Assembly: GCA_039933845.1 (NCBI GenBank)
Contig: JBDTNH010000003.1
Coordinates: forward strand, 2,888-66,887
From: Gemmatimonadota bacterium
Lineage (GTDB): Bacteria > Gemmatimonadota > Gemmatimonadetes > Gemmatimonadales > GWC2-71-9
Direction of reading: 5' to 3'
DNA: 64,000 bases
A model generated the notes under the pieces. It had not been told where the DNA came from. It ran no database searches and saw only the letters and a program-made list of their open reading frames with translations. Each line of letters begins with the position of its first letter. Position 1 is the first letter of the stretch. The translations under genes were made by a program, and so were the position numbers. Positions 36,298 through 50,782 of this stretch are shown here, piece after piece.

Positions 36298-39200
36298 GTG
36301 CGCCACCCAACTCCCGCCGCCCTTTCCATGGTCTTGGCCTTGGCGCTGCTCCCCGGCCTGCTCACGGCCCAGGGCGCCGCTCCCCGGCTCTTCACCGACC
36401 CAGATGTGAGCGCCGATCAGATCTGTTTCAGTTACGCGGGCGACATCTGGCTGGTGCCCCGGTCCGGCGGCGATGCCCATCGGCTGACGGCCACCCCGGG
36501 AAATGAAGGTCGCTGCCGGTTCTCACCAGATGGCCGCTTGGTCGGCTACACCTCTGGTCGCGAGAACAACGCCGATGTCTATGTCGTCGGGGTCGACGGT
36601 GGCACCCCGACCAGGTTGACGTGGCATCCCGCGACCGACATGGTGAGCGACTGGACGCCCGATGGCAGACTGCTTTTCGCGTCGCTACGCGACGGAGTGA
36701 CGCCGGGCGGGATTCCGTTCCAGTTCTATACCCAGGGTGTGCAGGAGGTTGCGGCGACACCGCTCCGCCTTCAGGGTGCGCTCGATGCCTCATATTCGAG
36801 CGACGGGTCACGATTGGCGTACACCGAATTCATGGCAGCGAACGATATCTGGAAGCGATATCGCGGCGGTCGCACCCCCGGGATCTGGCTCGCGACGTTG
36901 TCGAACGCCGCGATTGAAAAGGTACCGCACGCTGGTTCCAGCGACGGCTACCCGATGTGGGTCGGCGACACGGTCTTCTTCCTCTCCGATCGCGACGGGC
37001 CGACGACGCTCTACGGCTACAACCTGAGCACCAAGTCGGTCGGACGGCGAATCGACAACACGAGCCTCGACATCAAGTCGGCCCAGGCGGGCCCCGGAGC
37101 GATCATCTACGACCAGTTTGGCTCGATCCAGCTCTATGACATCGCCAGCGGCCGCACCTCACCTGTGGACATCCGGATCGACGGCGAACTCACGGCCACA
37201 CTTCCCAATTGGGCCGGGGTCGGCAGCCAACTCGGCTCTGCAGCACTCTCTCCCACGGGTCAGCGCGCCGCATTCGAGGCGCACGGCGAGATCATCACGG
37301 TGCCCGCCGACAAGGGTGATCCGCGCAACATCACCAACACCACGGGAACGATGGAACGGTCGCCGGCGTGGTCACCCGATGGCCAGACAGTCGCCTACTT
37401 CACCGAGGCCGGTGGTCAGTACCAGCTCGCACTGCAGTCGCAGGACGGCAGGGGCACGCCGCGCAGGATTTCGCTTGGTGGTGGCGACAACTTCGACTAC
37501 ACGCCGACCTGGTCGCCCGACGCCAAGTCGATCGCCTTCACCAATTCGCGAGGCGAGATCTGGTTGGTCGACCTGGCATCGGGGAAGCTGACCAAGGTCG
37601 ATGCCAACCCGTTCGGTTCGTTCGGCCAGGCGGGAACATCGCTGTCCTGGTCGAAGAATTCGCGCTGGTTGGCATACTCGCGCGCGATCAGCAATCGATT
37701 GCCGGCGGTGTTCGTCTTCGACCGCACCGATGGCAGGATCCACCAGATGACCGACGGGATGAGCAGTGCCTCGAATCCGGCGTTCGATGCGAGTGGGAAG
37801 TACCTCTACTTCCTGGCCAGCACCGACGCCGGACCGGCCACCGACTTCAGCATGACGACGTTCGACCACCCGGTGACGTCGACGCTCTATGCGATCGTGC
37901 TCGCGCGGGATTCTGCCTCCCCGATGGCGCCCGAGAGCGACGAGGAACCGGCCAGGCCCGACACCACGACGGCAAAGGCAAAGGCAAACGCGAAGCCACC
38001 CACACCGGTCGACAGCACGGCGGTGACGGTCGACTTCGATGGGATCGACCAGCGTGCGGTCGCGTTGCCGGTCGACCCGAAGAACTTTGTGGCCATCGTC
38101 GCCGGCAAGGCGGGCACAGTGCTCCTGGCGGAGGCGCCACTGGTGCCGGTCGATCTGCAGGACGGCGGGGAGGGCGTGACGCTGCACTCGTTCGACCTGA
38201 AGGAGCGCAAGACGACCGAGTTGCTCGGCGACGTGACCAGCTTCGACGTGTCGCGCGATGGTGGCAAGCTGCTCTACCACAAGGACAACAGCTGGGCAAT
38301 CGCGGATCTGACCAAGCCCATCAAGCCGGGCGATGGTGCGCTCGCGACGGCCGCGATTCAGGTGAAGACCGACCCGCGTGCCGAGTGGGCGCAGATGTAC
38401 CATGAGGCCTTTCGATTCCAGCGGGCGTTCTTCTACGATCCCGACTTTCACGGCCTTGACCTCGACGCCACCGAGCGCTTCTACGAACGGTATCTCCCCG
38501 GGCTCGGCAGCCGTGCCGATCTCGATCAACTGTTCAGGGAGGCATTCGGCAATCTGACCGTGGGCCACCTGTTCGTGAGTGGCCCGCCGGGAGGCGGCGA
38601 TGGCACCCCGGCCAATGGCGTGCTGGGGGCCGACTACACCGCGAGCAACGGCCATTGGCGCTTCGCGAAGATTTACGCCGGCGAGAGCTGGAATCCGCAA
38701 CTCTCAGCGCCGCTGACTCAGCCTGGTGTCAACGTGATGGCGGGCGAATACCTGTTGGCGGTGAACGGCGCGTCGCTCACGACGGCCACCAATGTCAACG
38801 CCGCACTGGCCGGCACCGCCGGCAAGCAGGTGATGTTGCGCGTGGGTCCGAATGCCGATGGCACCGATGCGCGTGACGTCACGGTAGTGCCGCTCGCGAG
38901 TGAGGGGATGCTGCGTCACCTGGCGTGGATCGACCACAATCGCCGTGTGGTGGATTCACTCTCGGGTGGCAAGTTGGCGTATCTCTACATTCCCAACACC
39001 GCCAACGAGGGATACACTCGGTTCAACCGCTACTTCTTCGCCCAGCAGGACAAGCAGGGTGCAGTCGTCGACGAGCGCTACAACCAAGGTGGCAACATTG
39101 CCGACTACATGGTCTACTACCTGATCAAGAATGCGCCGTTCAATTATGCGACCCAACGGTACGGCGAGGACGTGCCGATCCCGGCGGGAGCGATCTACGG

Positions 39201-39597
39201 CCCGAAGGCGATGTTGATCAACGAGTGGGCAGGCTCCGGCGGCGACGAGCTGCCATGGCTGTTCCGGCGCTTCAAGGCAGGCCCGCTGATCGGCACCCGC
39301 ACCTGGGGTGGACTGGTCGGGATCGGCGGCTACCCCAGCCTGATGGATGGCGGCTCGGTGACGGCTCCACGCGTCTCGCTCTGGTCGTACGAGGGGAAGT
39401 ACGAGGTGGAAAATCAGGGGGTCGCGCCCGACATTGAAGTGACCGCCGACCCGGCGGCATGGCGACAGGGTCGCGATGTGCAACTCGAGCATGCGGTCAA
39501 GGTGGTCATGGATTCGCTGGCACAGCACCCATTCGTCGCGCCATCGCGACCGCCGTTTCCGACGTGGGCGAAGGGGCGTACGCCGGGAGAGAAGTGA
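36298..39597 (+). CDS. Tricorn protease, S41 family
   Basis: Propellers, PDZ, VVDERYNQGG, AGSGGD, IGTRTWGG, GVAPDIEV; start at 36298 or 36328. Confidence 0.93.
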   Translation: MRHPTPAALSMVLALALLPGLLTAQGAAPRLFTDPDVSADQICFSYAGDIWLVPRSGGDAHRLTATPGNEGRCRFSPDGRLVGYTSGRENNADVYVVGVDGGTPTRLTWHPATDMVSDWTPDGRLLFASLRDGVTPGGIPFQFYTQGVQEVAATPLRLQGALDASYSSDGSRLAYTEFMAANDIWKRYRGGRTPGIWLATLSNAAIEKVPHAGSSDGYPMWVGDTVFFLSDRDGPTTLYGYNLSTKSVGRRIDNTSLDIKSAQAGPGAIIYDQFGSIQLYDIASGRTSPVDIRIDGELTATLPNWAGVGSQLGSAALSPTGQRAAFEAHGEIITVPADKGDPRNITNTTGTMERSPAWSPDGQTVAYFTEAGGQYQLALQSQDGRGTPRRISLGGGDNFDYTPTWSPDAKSIAFTNSRGEIWLVDLASGKLTKVDANPFGSFGQAGTSLSWSKNSRWLAYSRAISNRLPAVFVFDRTDGRIHQMTDGMSSASNPAFDASGKYLYFLASTDAGPATDFSMTTFDHPVTSTLYAIVLARDSASPMAPESDEEPARPDTTTAKAKANAKPPTPVDSTAVTVDFDGIDQRAVALPVDPKNFVAIVAGKAGTVLLAEAPLVPVDLQDGGEGVTLHSFDLKERKTTELLGDVTSFDVSRDGGKLLYHKDNSWAIADLTKPIKPGDGALATAAIQVKTDPRAEWAQMYHEAFRFQRAFFYDPDFHGLDLDATERFYERYLPGLGSRADLDQLFREAFGNLTVGHLFVSGPPGGGDGTPANGVLGADYTASNGHWRFAKIYAGESWNPQLSAPLTQPGVNVMAGEYLLAVNGASLTTATNVNAALAGTAGKQVMLRVGPNADGTDARDVTVVPLASEGMLRHLAWIDHNRRVVDSLSGGKLAYLYIPNTANEGYTRFNRYFFAQQDKQGAVVDERYNQGGNIADYMVYYLIKNAPFNYATQRYGEDVPIPAGAIYGPKAMLINEWAGSGGDELPWLFRRFKAGPLIGTRTWGGLVGIGGYPSLMDGGSVTAPRVSLWSYEGKYEVENQGVAPDIEVTADPAAWRQGRDVQLEHAVKVVMDSLAQHPFVAPSRPPFPTWAKGRTPGEK

Positions 39598-39665
39598 GAC
39601 GTGAGAAGTGAGAGGTGAGAGCCATTCCTCAGCTGTCGTTTCTCGTTTCTCGTTTCTCGTTTTCT
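39588..39665. repeat. Inverted pair of heptamer arrays
   Basis: GAGAAGT-type run 39588-39621; TTTCTCG run 39637-39665. Confidence 0.85.
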
Positions 39666-39701
39666 GCGGTATCTTGAGGTTCTCTTCCACCCCGGATCGC
39701 C

Positions 39702-42892
<3,191 letters not shown>

Positions 42893-42893
<1 letters not shown>

Positions 42894-45800
42894 TGGCCGA
42901 CCTACGGAGCGACCTGCAGGCGCACCTCGGCGACGCCTTCCGGATCGAGCGCGAGCTCGGTGGCGGTGGCATGTCACGGGTGTTCATGGCCTCCGAGGTC
43001 CGACTCAATCGCCGGGTCGCGATCAAGGTCCTGAGTCCGGAGCTCGCCCAGGGGCTCAACGCCGAGCGCTTCGAACGTGAGATCCTCCTCTCGGCGTCGC
43101 TGCAGCAAGCCAACATCGTGCCGGTACTGGCCGCGGGCGATGTCGCGGGACTGCCTTACTTCACGATGCCGTTCGTCGATGGTGAGTCGCTCCGGAGTCG
43201 CCTGACCGGGACGGGGCTGCCCATTGACGATGTAGTCACAATTCTGCGCGACGTCAGCAAGGCGCTCGCATACGCGCATGCGCGCGGGATCGTCCACCGC
43301 GACATCAAGCCCGACAATGTGCTGCTGAGTGGTGGCACCGCGGTGGTGACCGACTTCGGGATCGCGAAAGCGCTGGCCGCGAGCAAGGTGGGCGGTACCG
43401 TACCAGGGGCGACGCTCACGCAGGTCGGCACCTCGATCGGCACGCCGCCCTACATGGCCCCCGAACAGATCGCCGGCGACCCCAATGTCGATCATCGCGT
43501 CGATCTCTACGCGTTGGGCTGCATGGCATTCGAGATGCTGACCGGGCGGACACCGTTCGGGGATTTGGCGCCACAGCGGATACTCGCAGCACACTTGAGC
43601 CAAGCGCCAACGGCGGTTGAGTCACTGCGGCCCGATTGTCCGCCGACGCTGGCGCTGCTGGTTGCGCGTCTGCTGGAGAAGGATCCCGCCGATCGGATCG
43701 CCAGTGCCGCAGAAGTGGTGCAGGTGCTGGGTGCGGTCGGCACGGCGTCGTCGGAGTCGGGCACGCTGTCACCGCGTGGTCGCCTGGTTCGCTCGCTGGT
43801 CGGGTGGGGCGTGGCGACGATGGTTGTCTGGATCGTCGCGAAGGCGGCAGTGGTCGGGATCGGGTTGCCGGAATGGACCGTGCGCGGTGCCGTGGGTGTG
43901 ATGCTGGTGGGACTTCCGGTGCTGCTCGCGACCGGCTGGGCCAAGTGGATGGCGCGGCGCGCATCGCACGCCACGCCGACGCTCACGCCCGGCGGTTCGC
44001 ACCTGCCGTTGCCGTCGGGCACGATGACCAACATCGCGATCAAGGCGAATCGGCACCTGTCGTTCCGGAAGGCGCAGCGGGGCGGGATGTACGCGATGGC
44101 GGCGTTCGTGTTGCTGATCGCGGCGTTCATGATCACGCGGTCGATGGGGATCGGGCCGGCAGCCTCACTGTTTGCCACGGGCACGCTCACGTCGCAGGAC
44201 AAGATCGTGCTCGCCGACTTCGTCACTGACGACGCAAATTACGTCCCGATCCTGGCCGAGGCGGTCCGATCGGCAATGAGCCAATCGAATGCGATCAAGT
44301 TGGTCACGCCGACCGACGTGGCAGGGACGCTGGTCCAGATGCGGCGATCGATCGACACCCCGGTCACCGATTCTGTCGCTCGCGAGGTGGCACAGCGACG
44401 TGCGGCGAAGGCGATCCTTGGCGGACGGATGGTCGCGGCCGGAACTGGCTTCCTGGTACAACTGGAGCTCAGGAACGTGCAGGATGGTGCGATGCTGGCG
44501 TCGTTCCAGGGGACCGCCGATGCGCCGACCGACCTGCTCAAGGTGGTCGACGAGTTGACGCGCAAGCTGCGTAGCAAGATCGGCGAGTCGCTCCGGAACG
44601 TGGCCAACACCGTGCCGCTCGAGCGTGCCACGACCACGTCGCTCGAGGCGCTCCGACTCTACAGCGAAGCGACACGCGCCAATGACATCGAGGGCGATTA
44701 CGACAAGGGGATCATTCTCAATCGACGTGCGCTGACCCTTGATTCGACCTTCGCCCTCGCCTGGCGGAAGCTGGCGATCACGATCAGCAACGGTGGTGGC
44801 TCTGTCGCGGCAGCCGATTCGGCCCTCGAGATGGCGGTGCGCTACGCCGACAAGCTGCCGCCATTCGAGCGGCTGATGGTCCGGGCCACCTACCACGACA
44901 TGCACCAGACGGGATGGGATCGCGCCGCGGCAATCGAGGAGTATCGCCAGGCCTATCGCCTCGATTCGACCAACGCCGTGATCAGCAACAACTTGTCACT
45001 GAATCTGGACCAGGCGGGCCTGCGCGATTCGGCACTCTACTACACTCGGGTGCAAGCCGGCGTCCAACCCGGGGTGGTCGGGGTGATGAGAGTAGCGCTT
45101 GCCCTCGACGCAGCGGGGCGGCAGGACGAGGCCCGGGCACTGGTCGACTCGGTCCGCACTGCCTTGGGTGCCGATTCGATGTCCGCGACGTTCGCATTGT
45201 ACGAGAGTTTAATCGCGATGGACCATGGCAATCTCAGCCGGGCTGCCCAATTGAGCGCGCGGCTGCAATCGGCGACCGGGGTCTCGGAAAGGTTCGCCGG
45301 ACTCGGGTTCGGTGCCGCGACGGCCCTGATCGCCGGGCAGCCGGCCGAGGCAGCGGCATTGCTCGCCCGGAGAGATTCATTGCTTGGCACGCTCGACTAT
45401 TCCAAGGTGATCCCGGGACTCGGTCTCGCGTCTGGAAAGATTGTCCTCGGGACTGACCCGGCCGGCGGCGTGACGCAACTCGATCAGGTCGTGACTGGGA
45501 ACGCGTGGCGGCATGCCGCTCCCGCCGATCGGCCCTGGTTCGATGTCATCGAGCTCTATGCCCGGGGTGGCTCGCCCGACAAGGCGGCGGAGCTCCTGGC
45601 GGCGTTTCGCAAGGAATGGCCTGCGGCCGCGACAAGTGACGCAATGATTTCCCGGATCGCGATGGCCGAGGGCGAGATCGCACTGGCACGTGGCGAGGCG
45701 ACGGGTGCGGTGGAAAAGTTCCGTATCGCGACGACACGCATCGCCCAGAACCGCACCATCTGTCCGCCGTGTGCCCTGGAGTCGATGGCCCGCGCGTTTG

Positions 45801-46090
45801 ATGCGGCTCACCAAGCCGACTCGGCGCGGACATATCTCGAGCGCTACGAGGCGATCCCTGCCGGCTCTCGAAACTCGGTCTATACCGGTGCGTCGGCCGA
45901 CCCGAACCGATTGGCCGCGGTCCGCAAGCGGCTCGGTCAGCTCTACGACGATGCCGGAGAGCGCACCAAGGCCATCGCCCAGTATCAGGCGTTCGTGGAT
46001 CAGTGGGCGAATGCCGAGCCCGTGCTGCAGCCGGCGGTGGCGAGTGTCAGGGCGCGGCTCAAGGAGTTGCAGGCGCAGGAAGGACGCTAG
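42893..46090 (+). CDS. Hanks-type Ser/Thr protein kinase, tandem paralog
   Basis: Same motifs and architecture as 39702-42893. Confidence 0.93.
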
Positions 46091-46186
46091 CGAGAAGCGA
46101 GAAGCGTGATGCGAGAGACGGCCGAGCCGCGGCGGTCACGCCGCGGTTTGGTTCGCAACGCACGGATCTCGTTTCTCGTTTTCTCA
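46090..46186. repeat. Heptamer array + family B hairpin (46121-46156) + inverted heptamer array
   Basis: GAGAAGC units, then GCCGAGCCGCGGCGGTCACGCCGCGGTTTGGTTCGC, then TCTCGTT units. Confidence 0.9.
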
Positions 46187-46207
46187 TCCCCCCTCGAGGA
46201 TCACCGC

Positions 46208-47050
46208 ATGTCAACGAATTTCCTGCTCAACTTCACGCCGACCGGCATGATCCCCACCAAGGCGATGACGCCCGAGGTGCCGATCCTGCCGGCAGAAATC
46301 GTCAGACAAGTCGGCGAAGCGGTGGCGCTCGGTGCCAACATGGTGCACCTGCACGCGCGCGACGCCGTGACCGGCAAGCCGACATACGAGAAGGCGGTGT
46401 ACGCCGAGATCGTGGCGGGAGTTCGCGCCCAGCATCCGGAGTTGGTGATCTGCCTGTCGACCAGTGGGCGCGATTTCCCGGGATTCGCTGAGCGCTCGGA
46501 ATGCCTCGAGCTCACCGGTGATCTCAAGCCCGACATGGGGAGCCTCACCCTCAGCTCGCTCAACTTCAACAACCAGCCCAGCATGAACGCGCCCGAGATG
46601 ATCCAGTCGCTCGCGCGCAAGATGCTGGAACTCGACATCAAACCAGAGCTCGAGGCCTTCGATCTCGGCATGATCAACTACGCGCATTACCTGATCCGGA
46701 AGGGGCTGCTGCGGCCGCCCTATTACTTCAACCTGATCCTCGGCAACATCGCCTGCGCGCAGGCGAATCTCCTGAGCCTTGGGCTGATGATCAAGGAACT
46801 GCCCGACGATTCGATCTGGTCGGTCGGCGGCATCGGCGACAGCCAGCTGAGGATGAACGCGATCGGCATCGCCGATGGTGGTGGGGTGCGAGTCGGGCTG
46901 GAGGACAACATCTGGTACGATGCAGCACGGACCCGATTGGCGAGCAATCGCGATCTCGTTGCGCGCGTGGTCGACATCGCGACGGCCATGGGGCGGACCC
47001 CATATTCGCACGGTGCTGCACGCGGATTGCTGGGACTCGCGCCTCGGTGA
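46208..47050 (+). CDS. Beta-keto acid cleavage enzyme (BKACE/DUF849, Kce-like)
   Basis: VHLHARD, KPELEAFD, VRVGLEDN. Confidence 0.9.
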   Translation: MSTNFLLNFTPTGMIPTKAMTPEVPILPAEIVRQVGEAVALGANMVHLHARDAVTGKPTYEKAVYAEIVAGVRAQHPELVICLSTSGRDFPGFAERSECLELTGDLKPDMGSLTLSSLNFNNQPSMNAPEMIQSLARKMLELDIKPELEAFDLGMINYAHYLIRKGLLRPPYYFNLILGNIACAQANLLSLGLMIKELPDDSIWSVGGIGDSQLRMNAIGIADGGGVRVGLEDNIWYDAARTRLASNRDLVARVVDIATAMGRTPYSHGAARGLLGLAPR

Positions 47051-47742
47051 GCGGCAGCGCACCGGGCATACCTCAACGCGCGCAGACATGGCTCGGTACG
47101 GTGCGGTCGCGCGGCGTACCGTTCATGATACGCGCCGCCCTCCTCCGCATCGGCATCCGCTGTTCCATCTTCTACTGGATAGAGGAACGATCACCGAGGA
47201 ATGACGGTGCGGCCATTCCGCCACTGCCCGACGGGTTCCGGGTCAGGCCCCTCACCGCTGATGAGGTGACAACCATCAGTCGCTGGGAAGCAGAGGGAGC
47301 ACCGATCGCGGGTGGGGAGATGCACCAACACCTGGCACACCACGCCAAATGCATCGGCCTCCTAAGAGGCGACGACATTGTCGGCTTCTCGTGGTACACC
47401 CTCGATCGGGTGACCAGCGGCATCTGGCCGGTGGCATTGCAACCGAATGAAGCCTACCTCTTCAACATCTACATTCGCCCGGAACTGCGTGGATTGAAAC
47501 TTGCGCCGATCCTGCGCCACCACACCTTCGGTATGCTCGCCGACCTCGGCCGGGATACCTGCTACAGCATCACGCTCGCGATCAACAAGCCGTCATGGCA
47601 GTTCAAGAAAAAACTCGGCGCCCGGAAAATGTTCACTGGGTTGCACCTCGAGCGGATCGGTCGGTGGCACCGGAGCTGGGTGATCAAGCGCGAGCAGCGA
47701 GATGGACGAACTCCGTCCGACGCGAACCACACCACGGCCTGA
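47047..47742 (+). CDS. GNAT-fold acetyltransferase-like protein
   Basis: YIRPELRGLKLA...NKPS...KKLG; GTGA overlap with upstream gene. Confidence 0.65.
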   Translation: MSGSAPGIPQRAQTWLGTVRSRGVPFMIRAALLRIGIRCSIFYWIEERSPRNDGAAIPPLPDGFRVRPLTADEVTTISRWEAEGAPIAGGEMHQHLAHHAKCIGLLRGDDIVGFSWYTLDRVTSGIWPVALQPNEAYLFNIYIRPELRGLKLAPILRHHTFGMLADLGRDTCYSITLAINKPSWQFKKKLGARKMFTGLHLERIGRWHRSWVIKREQRDGRTPSDANHTTA

Positions 47743-47838
47743 TGGCCGCGGCTCGGCCGCTTCTCGCTTCTCGCTTCTCGCTTCTCGCTTCTCGTTTCTC
47801 GCTTCTCGCTTCTCGTTTCTCGCTTCTCGCTTCTCGTT
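47721..47838 (-). repeat. Family B hairpin (47721-47760) fused to heptamer array (47759-47838)
   Basis: Minus strand (GAGAAGC)n-GGCCGAGCCGCGGCCATCAGGCCGTGGTGTGGTTCGCG. Confidence 0.92.
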
Positions 47839-49626
47839 TTACCAGCTCCCCCCCCCACCTCCTCCACCACCGCCGCCGACGGAGCCGCCACCACCGCCGC
47901 CGCTACTCGACCCCGGTGACGAACCCATCGTCCGGGTCGCTGCCGACTGGAACCCGTTGAGCCCATTCGAGAAGTTGGTCATGTTGAACTGACCAGGTGT
48001 CCCACCCACGTACCACGCCGGTGGGTTCGAGGCGAGGATCGGCCCGAACTGTTTCACCCAGATGTCGCTCACCCGAAGCGCTACCGCATACGGCAGCAGC
48101 TCCTCGAACAACTGCGTGGTCCGTTCCGGCCCCTGGCTCATCTCCAGTTCCAGCTTCTCTGCCCGACGGACATACTCCTCGAGTCCGCGCAGTTGCTCCC
48201 ACTGCTTGGCGCCCTTGAGGGTACGCGCGGGCATCGCGCGGGCGAAGGCCAGCACGATGATGCCGGAGAGCACACCGCCCGCAATCAGGACACCGTTCCC
48301 GAGCGCCGACCCGATCGCCACCCCGACGGCAAGGATCACCACCCCGAGCACGCCGTACGCCAGTCGTGTCTTCTGCGGGCTGCTGGTGAAGAGTCCCTCT
48401 GCCACCACTGCCTCGTAGAGCGCGCTGTGAATCTTCGGAACCTGGGTGTAGAACTCGTTGTTGAGGTCGCTCATCTTCCGCGTGAGTCCGCCCTCGAACA
48501 CGCCGTCGAGCACCAGTGTCTCGTAGCTCGCGAGCCCCTCCTCGCCCGCGGCGTTAATCCGCTCCAGTGCCCAGTCGGTCTGGGTGATTCCCAGCTTCTT
48601 GAGCAGCTTGCCAGCGAAACCCTCCTGATCGAGTCCGCCGAGCAGGCCGTCGGGGGCCACTTCGCTGATCCGCACGAATCCTCGCACGGTGAGGTCGAGC
48701 AGCGTCGCGACGATGTCGTTCATGTCTGACGACTGATCCCACAGTGTACCGGCGGGCCCGGGCCGCAGGTCCTTCGGCACCTTCCAGTATGGCACCACGC
48801 TGCCCTGCTCCGGCTCGCGACCACGGGTCCGCCACAGCCAGGTCATGAAGCCGAGCATGACGATCGGAACGCCCAACGGCCAGACGATGCCGAGCGATCG
48901 CATCATCTGCTCGGTCTCGGTGGGGGCGGTGATGATCCCCTTGGGGAACGAGGCGACCATCGTCAGCCCTTCACCTGGATCGAGTCGACCACTGGTGAAC
49001 GTCCAGCCGCCCACGTCGTTGACGGTTGCCGTGCAGCGCGAGTTGTCCTTGCTATCGGACCAGCCGGCGTAGCACCACGCGTCCCATCCGACGCTCGCTG
49101 CTCCCGTCCCATCGATCGACACCGTGGCGCGAGCCTTGAGGATCGGCACCGGCCATTGGGTTCCCGTCACCTGCCAATAGAGCTCATCGTGATCCTCGAA
49201 GAATCCGAGCCCGCGTTCGAGGCGATAGTGGATGATGTAGCGCTGCATGCCGGTCACCGTGCGGTCGGCATCGCCGATGCGGAGCCGTGCATCGGTGCCG
49301 CGCGTGACCTGAAGTCCGAGGTCCGCTCCATTGCCATCTGTCACCGAGACCCGATCGATGTCGACCTTCACCCGACCCGCACCGATCGGGATGCCAGCAT
49401 CGAGGATCTTGCGGTAGGTGATCGGGATGTCCCGGTAGATGCCATGCTTCTGGAGCGGACCGAAATCCACATCGATCTGTTCGGTGACGTCGATGGTCCG
49501 GTCAGCGTTGATGCGATAGGCTGCGTCGAACGACGTGATGGTCCACCCGGTGTCCTGGCTGTCCTGCGCGACGAGTGGCGCGGCGCTTAGGGTCAGGAGG
49601 GCGAGCCAGCGTGTCACGCGATTCAT
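47839..49626 (-). CDS. DUF2207 membrane protein
   Basis: HGIYRDIP, DELYW, LLPYAVAL; Gly-rich C-terminus ending GGGSW. Confidence 0.9.
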   Translation of the reverse strand: MNRVTRWLALLTLSAAPLVAQDSQDTGWTITSFDAAYRINADRTIDVTEQIDVDFGPLQKHGIYRDIPITYRKILDAGIPIGAGRVKVDIDRVSVTDGNGADLGLQVTRGTDARLRIGDADRTVTGMQRYIIHYRLERGLGFFEDHDELYWQVTGTQWPVPILKARATVSIDGTGAASVGWDAWCYAGWSDSKDNSRCTATVNDVGGWTFTSGRLDPGEGLTMVASFPKGIITAPTETEQMMRSLGIVWPLGVPIVMLGFMTWLWRTRGREPEQGSVVPYWKVPKDLRPGPAGTLWDQSSDMNDIVATLLDLTVRGFVRISEVAPDGLLGGLDQEGFAGKLLKKLGITQTDWALERINAAGEEGLASYETLVLDGVFEGGLTRKMSDLNNEFYTQVPKIHSALYEAVVAEGLFTSSPQKTRLAYGVLGVVILAVGVAIGSALGNGVLIAGGVLSGIIVLAFARAMPARTLKGAKQWEQLRGLEEYVRRAEKLELEMSQGPERTTQLFEELLPYAVALRVSDIWVKQFGPILASNPPAWYVGGTPGQFNMTNFSNGLNGFQSAATRTMGSSPGSSSGGGGGGSVGGGGGGGGGGSW

Positions 49627-50192
49627 GAGCGCTCCAGCGAGGTGGTGGGCACAACCCGATCGCCGTCATCGAGTTCGAAATATTCCCCCGGCACGAAGCC
49701 GAGTGGCCCGGCGACCAGCATGTTGGGAAAGGTCTCGCGCATGATGTTCATGTCCCGGACCACGGCGTTGTAGTACCGCCTCGCGTTGGCGATATCACTC
49801 TCGGTCTCCCCCAGCTCCTTCTGGAGCGCGAGGATCTGCGTGTTGGCCTTGAGCTCGGGGTAGCGCTCGACCACCGCAAACAGCTGCCGTACCGTCCCGG
49901 TGAGCGCCGCCTCGGCCTGTGCCCGATCGGCGGCGCCCGTCGCGCCCAGCGCGGCACCACGGGCACTGACGACCCGCTCAAGGGTGCCGGCCTCGAAGTC
50001 CATGGCGCCCTTCACCACGGCGACCAGATTCGGAATCAGGTCGGCCCGCCGCTTGAGCAACGCATCGACACTCGCCCACGCCGCGCGCATGCGTGCGCGC
50101 ATCCCGGTGAGGCGGTTCCAGGTCCAGGCGAGCCAGGTGATGGCCGCACCGACGAGCACAACGAGGAGGATTCCGAGGCGTGGGGTCATCAC
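49623..50192 (-). CDS. lemA: LemA family protein
   Basis: LKRRADLIPNLV, ERYPELKAN, ARRYYN, FP. Confidence 0.93.
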   Translation of the reverse strand: MMTPRLGILLVVLVGAAITWLAWTWNRLTGMRARMRAAWASVDALLKRRADLIPNLVAVVKGAMDFEAGTLERVVSARGAALGATGAADRAQAEAALTGTVRQLFAVVERYPELKANTQILALQKELGETESDIANARRYYNAVVRDMNIMRETFPNMLVAGPLGFVPGEYFELDDGDRVVPTTSLERS

Positions 50193-50252
50193 TGAGAATC
50201 GCTCCCTCGCCGCCGTTACGCCACCTTCCCGGACTTTGAGCTAGAATGAAGG

Positions 50253-50666
50253 ATGCAAGATGCGCCCGTCCTCCTCTACGATGGCAGCTGCGGCTTCTGC
50301 CAGGCCAGTGTCCAGTTCGTGCTCAAGCACGAGCACCGGCATACCCTCCAGTTCGCTCCACTCCGGGGCCAGACGGGACAGGCGATCCTGGCGCGCCACC
50401 CGGAACTGGTCGCCATGGACACCGTACTCTGGGCCGAGCACCCCGGGACACCGAACGAGCGGATATACCACCGCAGCGCCGCCACGCTCGCCGTGCTCCG
50501 CTACCTCGGTGGCGGGTGGCGCCTGCTCACCGTGTTCTGGCTCGTGCCGCGACCGCTCCGCGACGGGATCTATCGGTTCGTCGCCCGGCACCGGCACCGG
50601 ATCCCGGTGGCCGACGATGCCTGCGCATTGCCCAGCCCGCTCGAACGAGAGAGATTTCTGGATTAG
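50253..50666 (+). CDS. DCC1-like thiol-disulfide oxidoreductase (DUF393)
   Basis: YDGSCGFC; RDGIYRFVARHR; TAGAAT 5 nt before ATG. Confidence 0.9.
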   Translation: MQDAPVLLYDGSCGFCQASVQFVLKHEHRHTLQFAPLRGQTGQAILARHPELVAMDTVLWAEHPGTPNERIYHRSAATLAVLRYLGGGWRLLTVFWLVPRPLRDGIYRFVARHRHRIPVADDACALPSPLERERFLD

Positions 50667-50670
50667 CGTC

Positions 50671-50771
50671 GCCTCGTTTCTCGCTTCTCGTTTCTCGCTT
50701 CTCGTTTCTCGCTTTCTCGTTTCTCGCTTCTCGCTTCTCGCTTCTCGCTTCTCGTTTCTCGCTTTCTCTCT
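50671..50771 (-). repeat. Heptamer tandem array (~14 units)
   Basis: TCTCGCT/TCTCGTT units with occasional 8-mers. Confidence 0.95.
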
Positions 50772-50782
50772 GTGGGGTTCGC

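Noticed and set aside
47842-47915. C-rich low-complexity tract
   Set aside because: It encodes the normal Gly/Ser-rich DUF2207 C-terminus.
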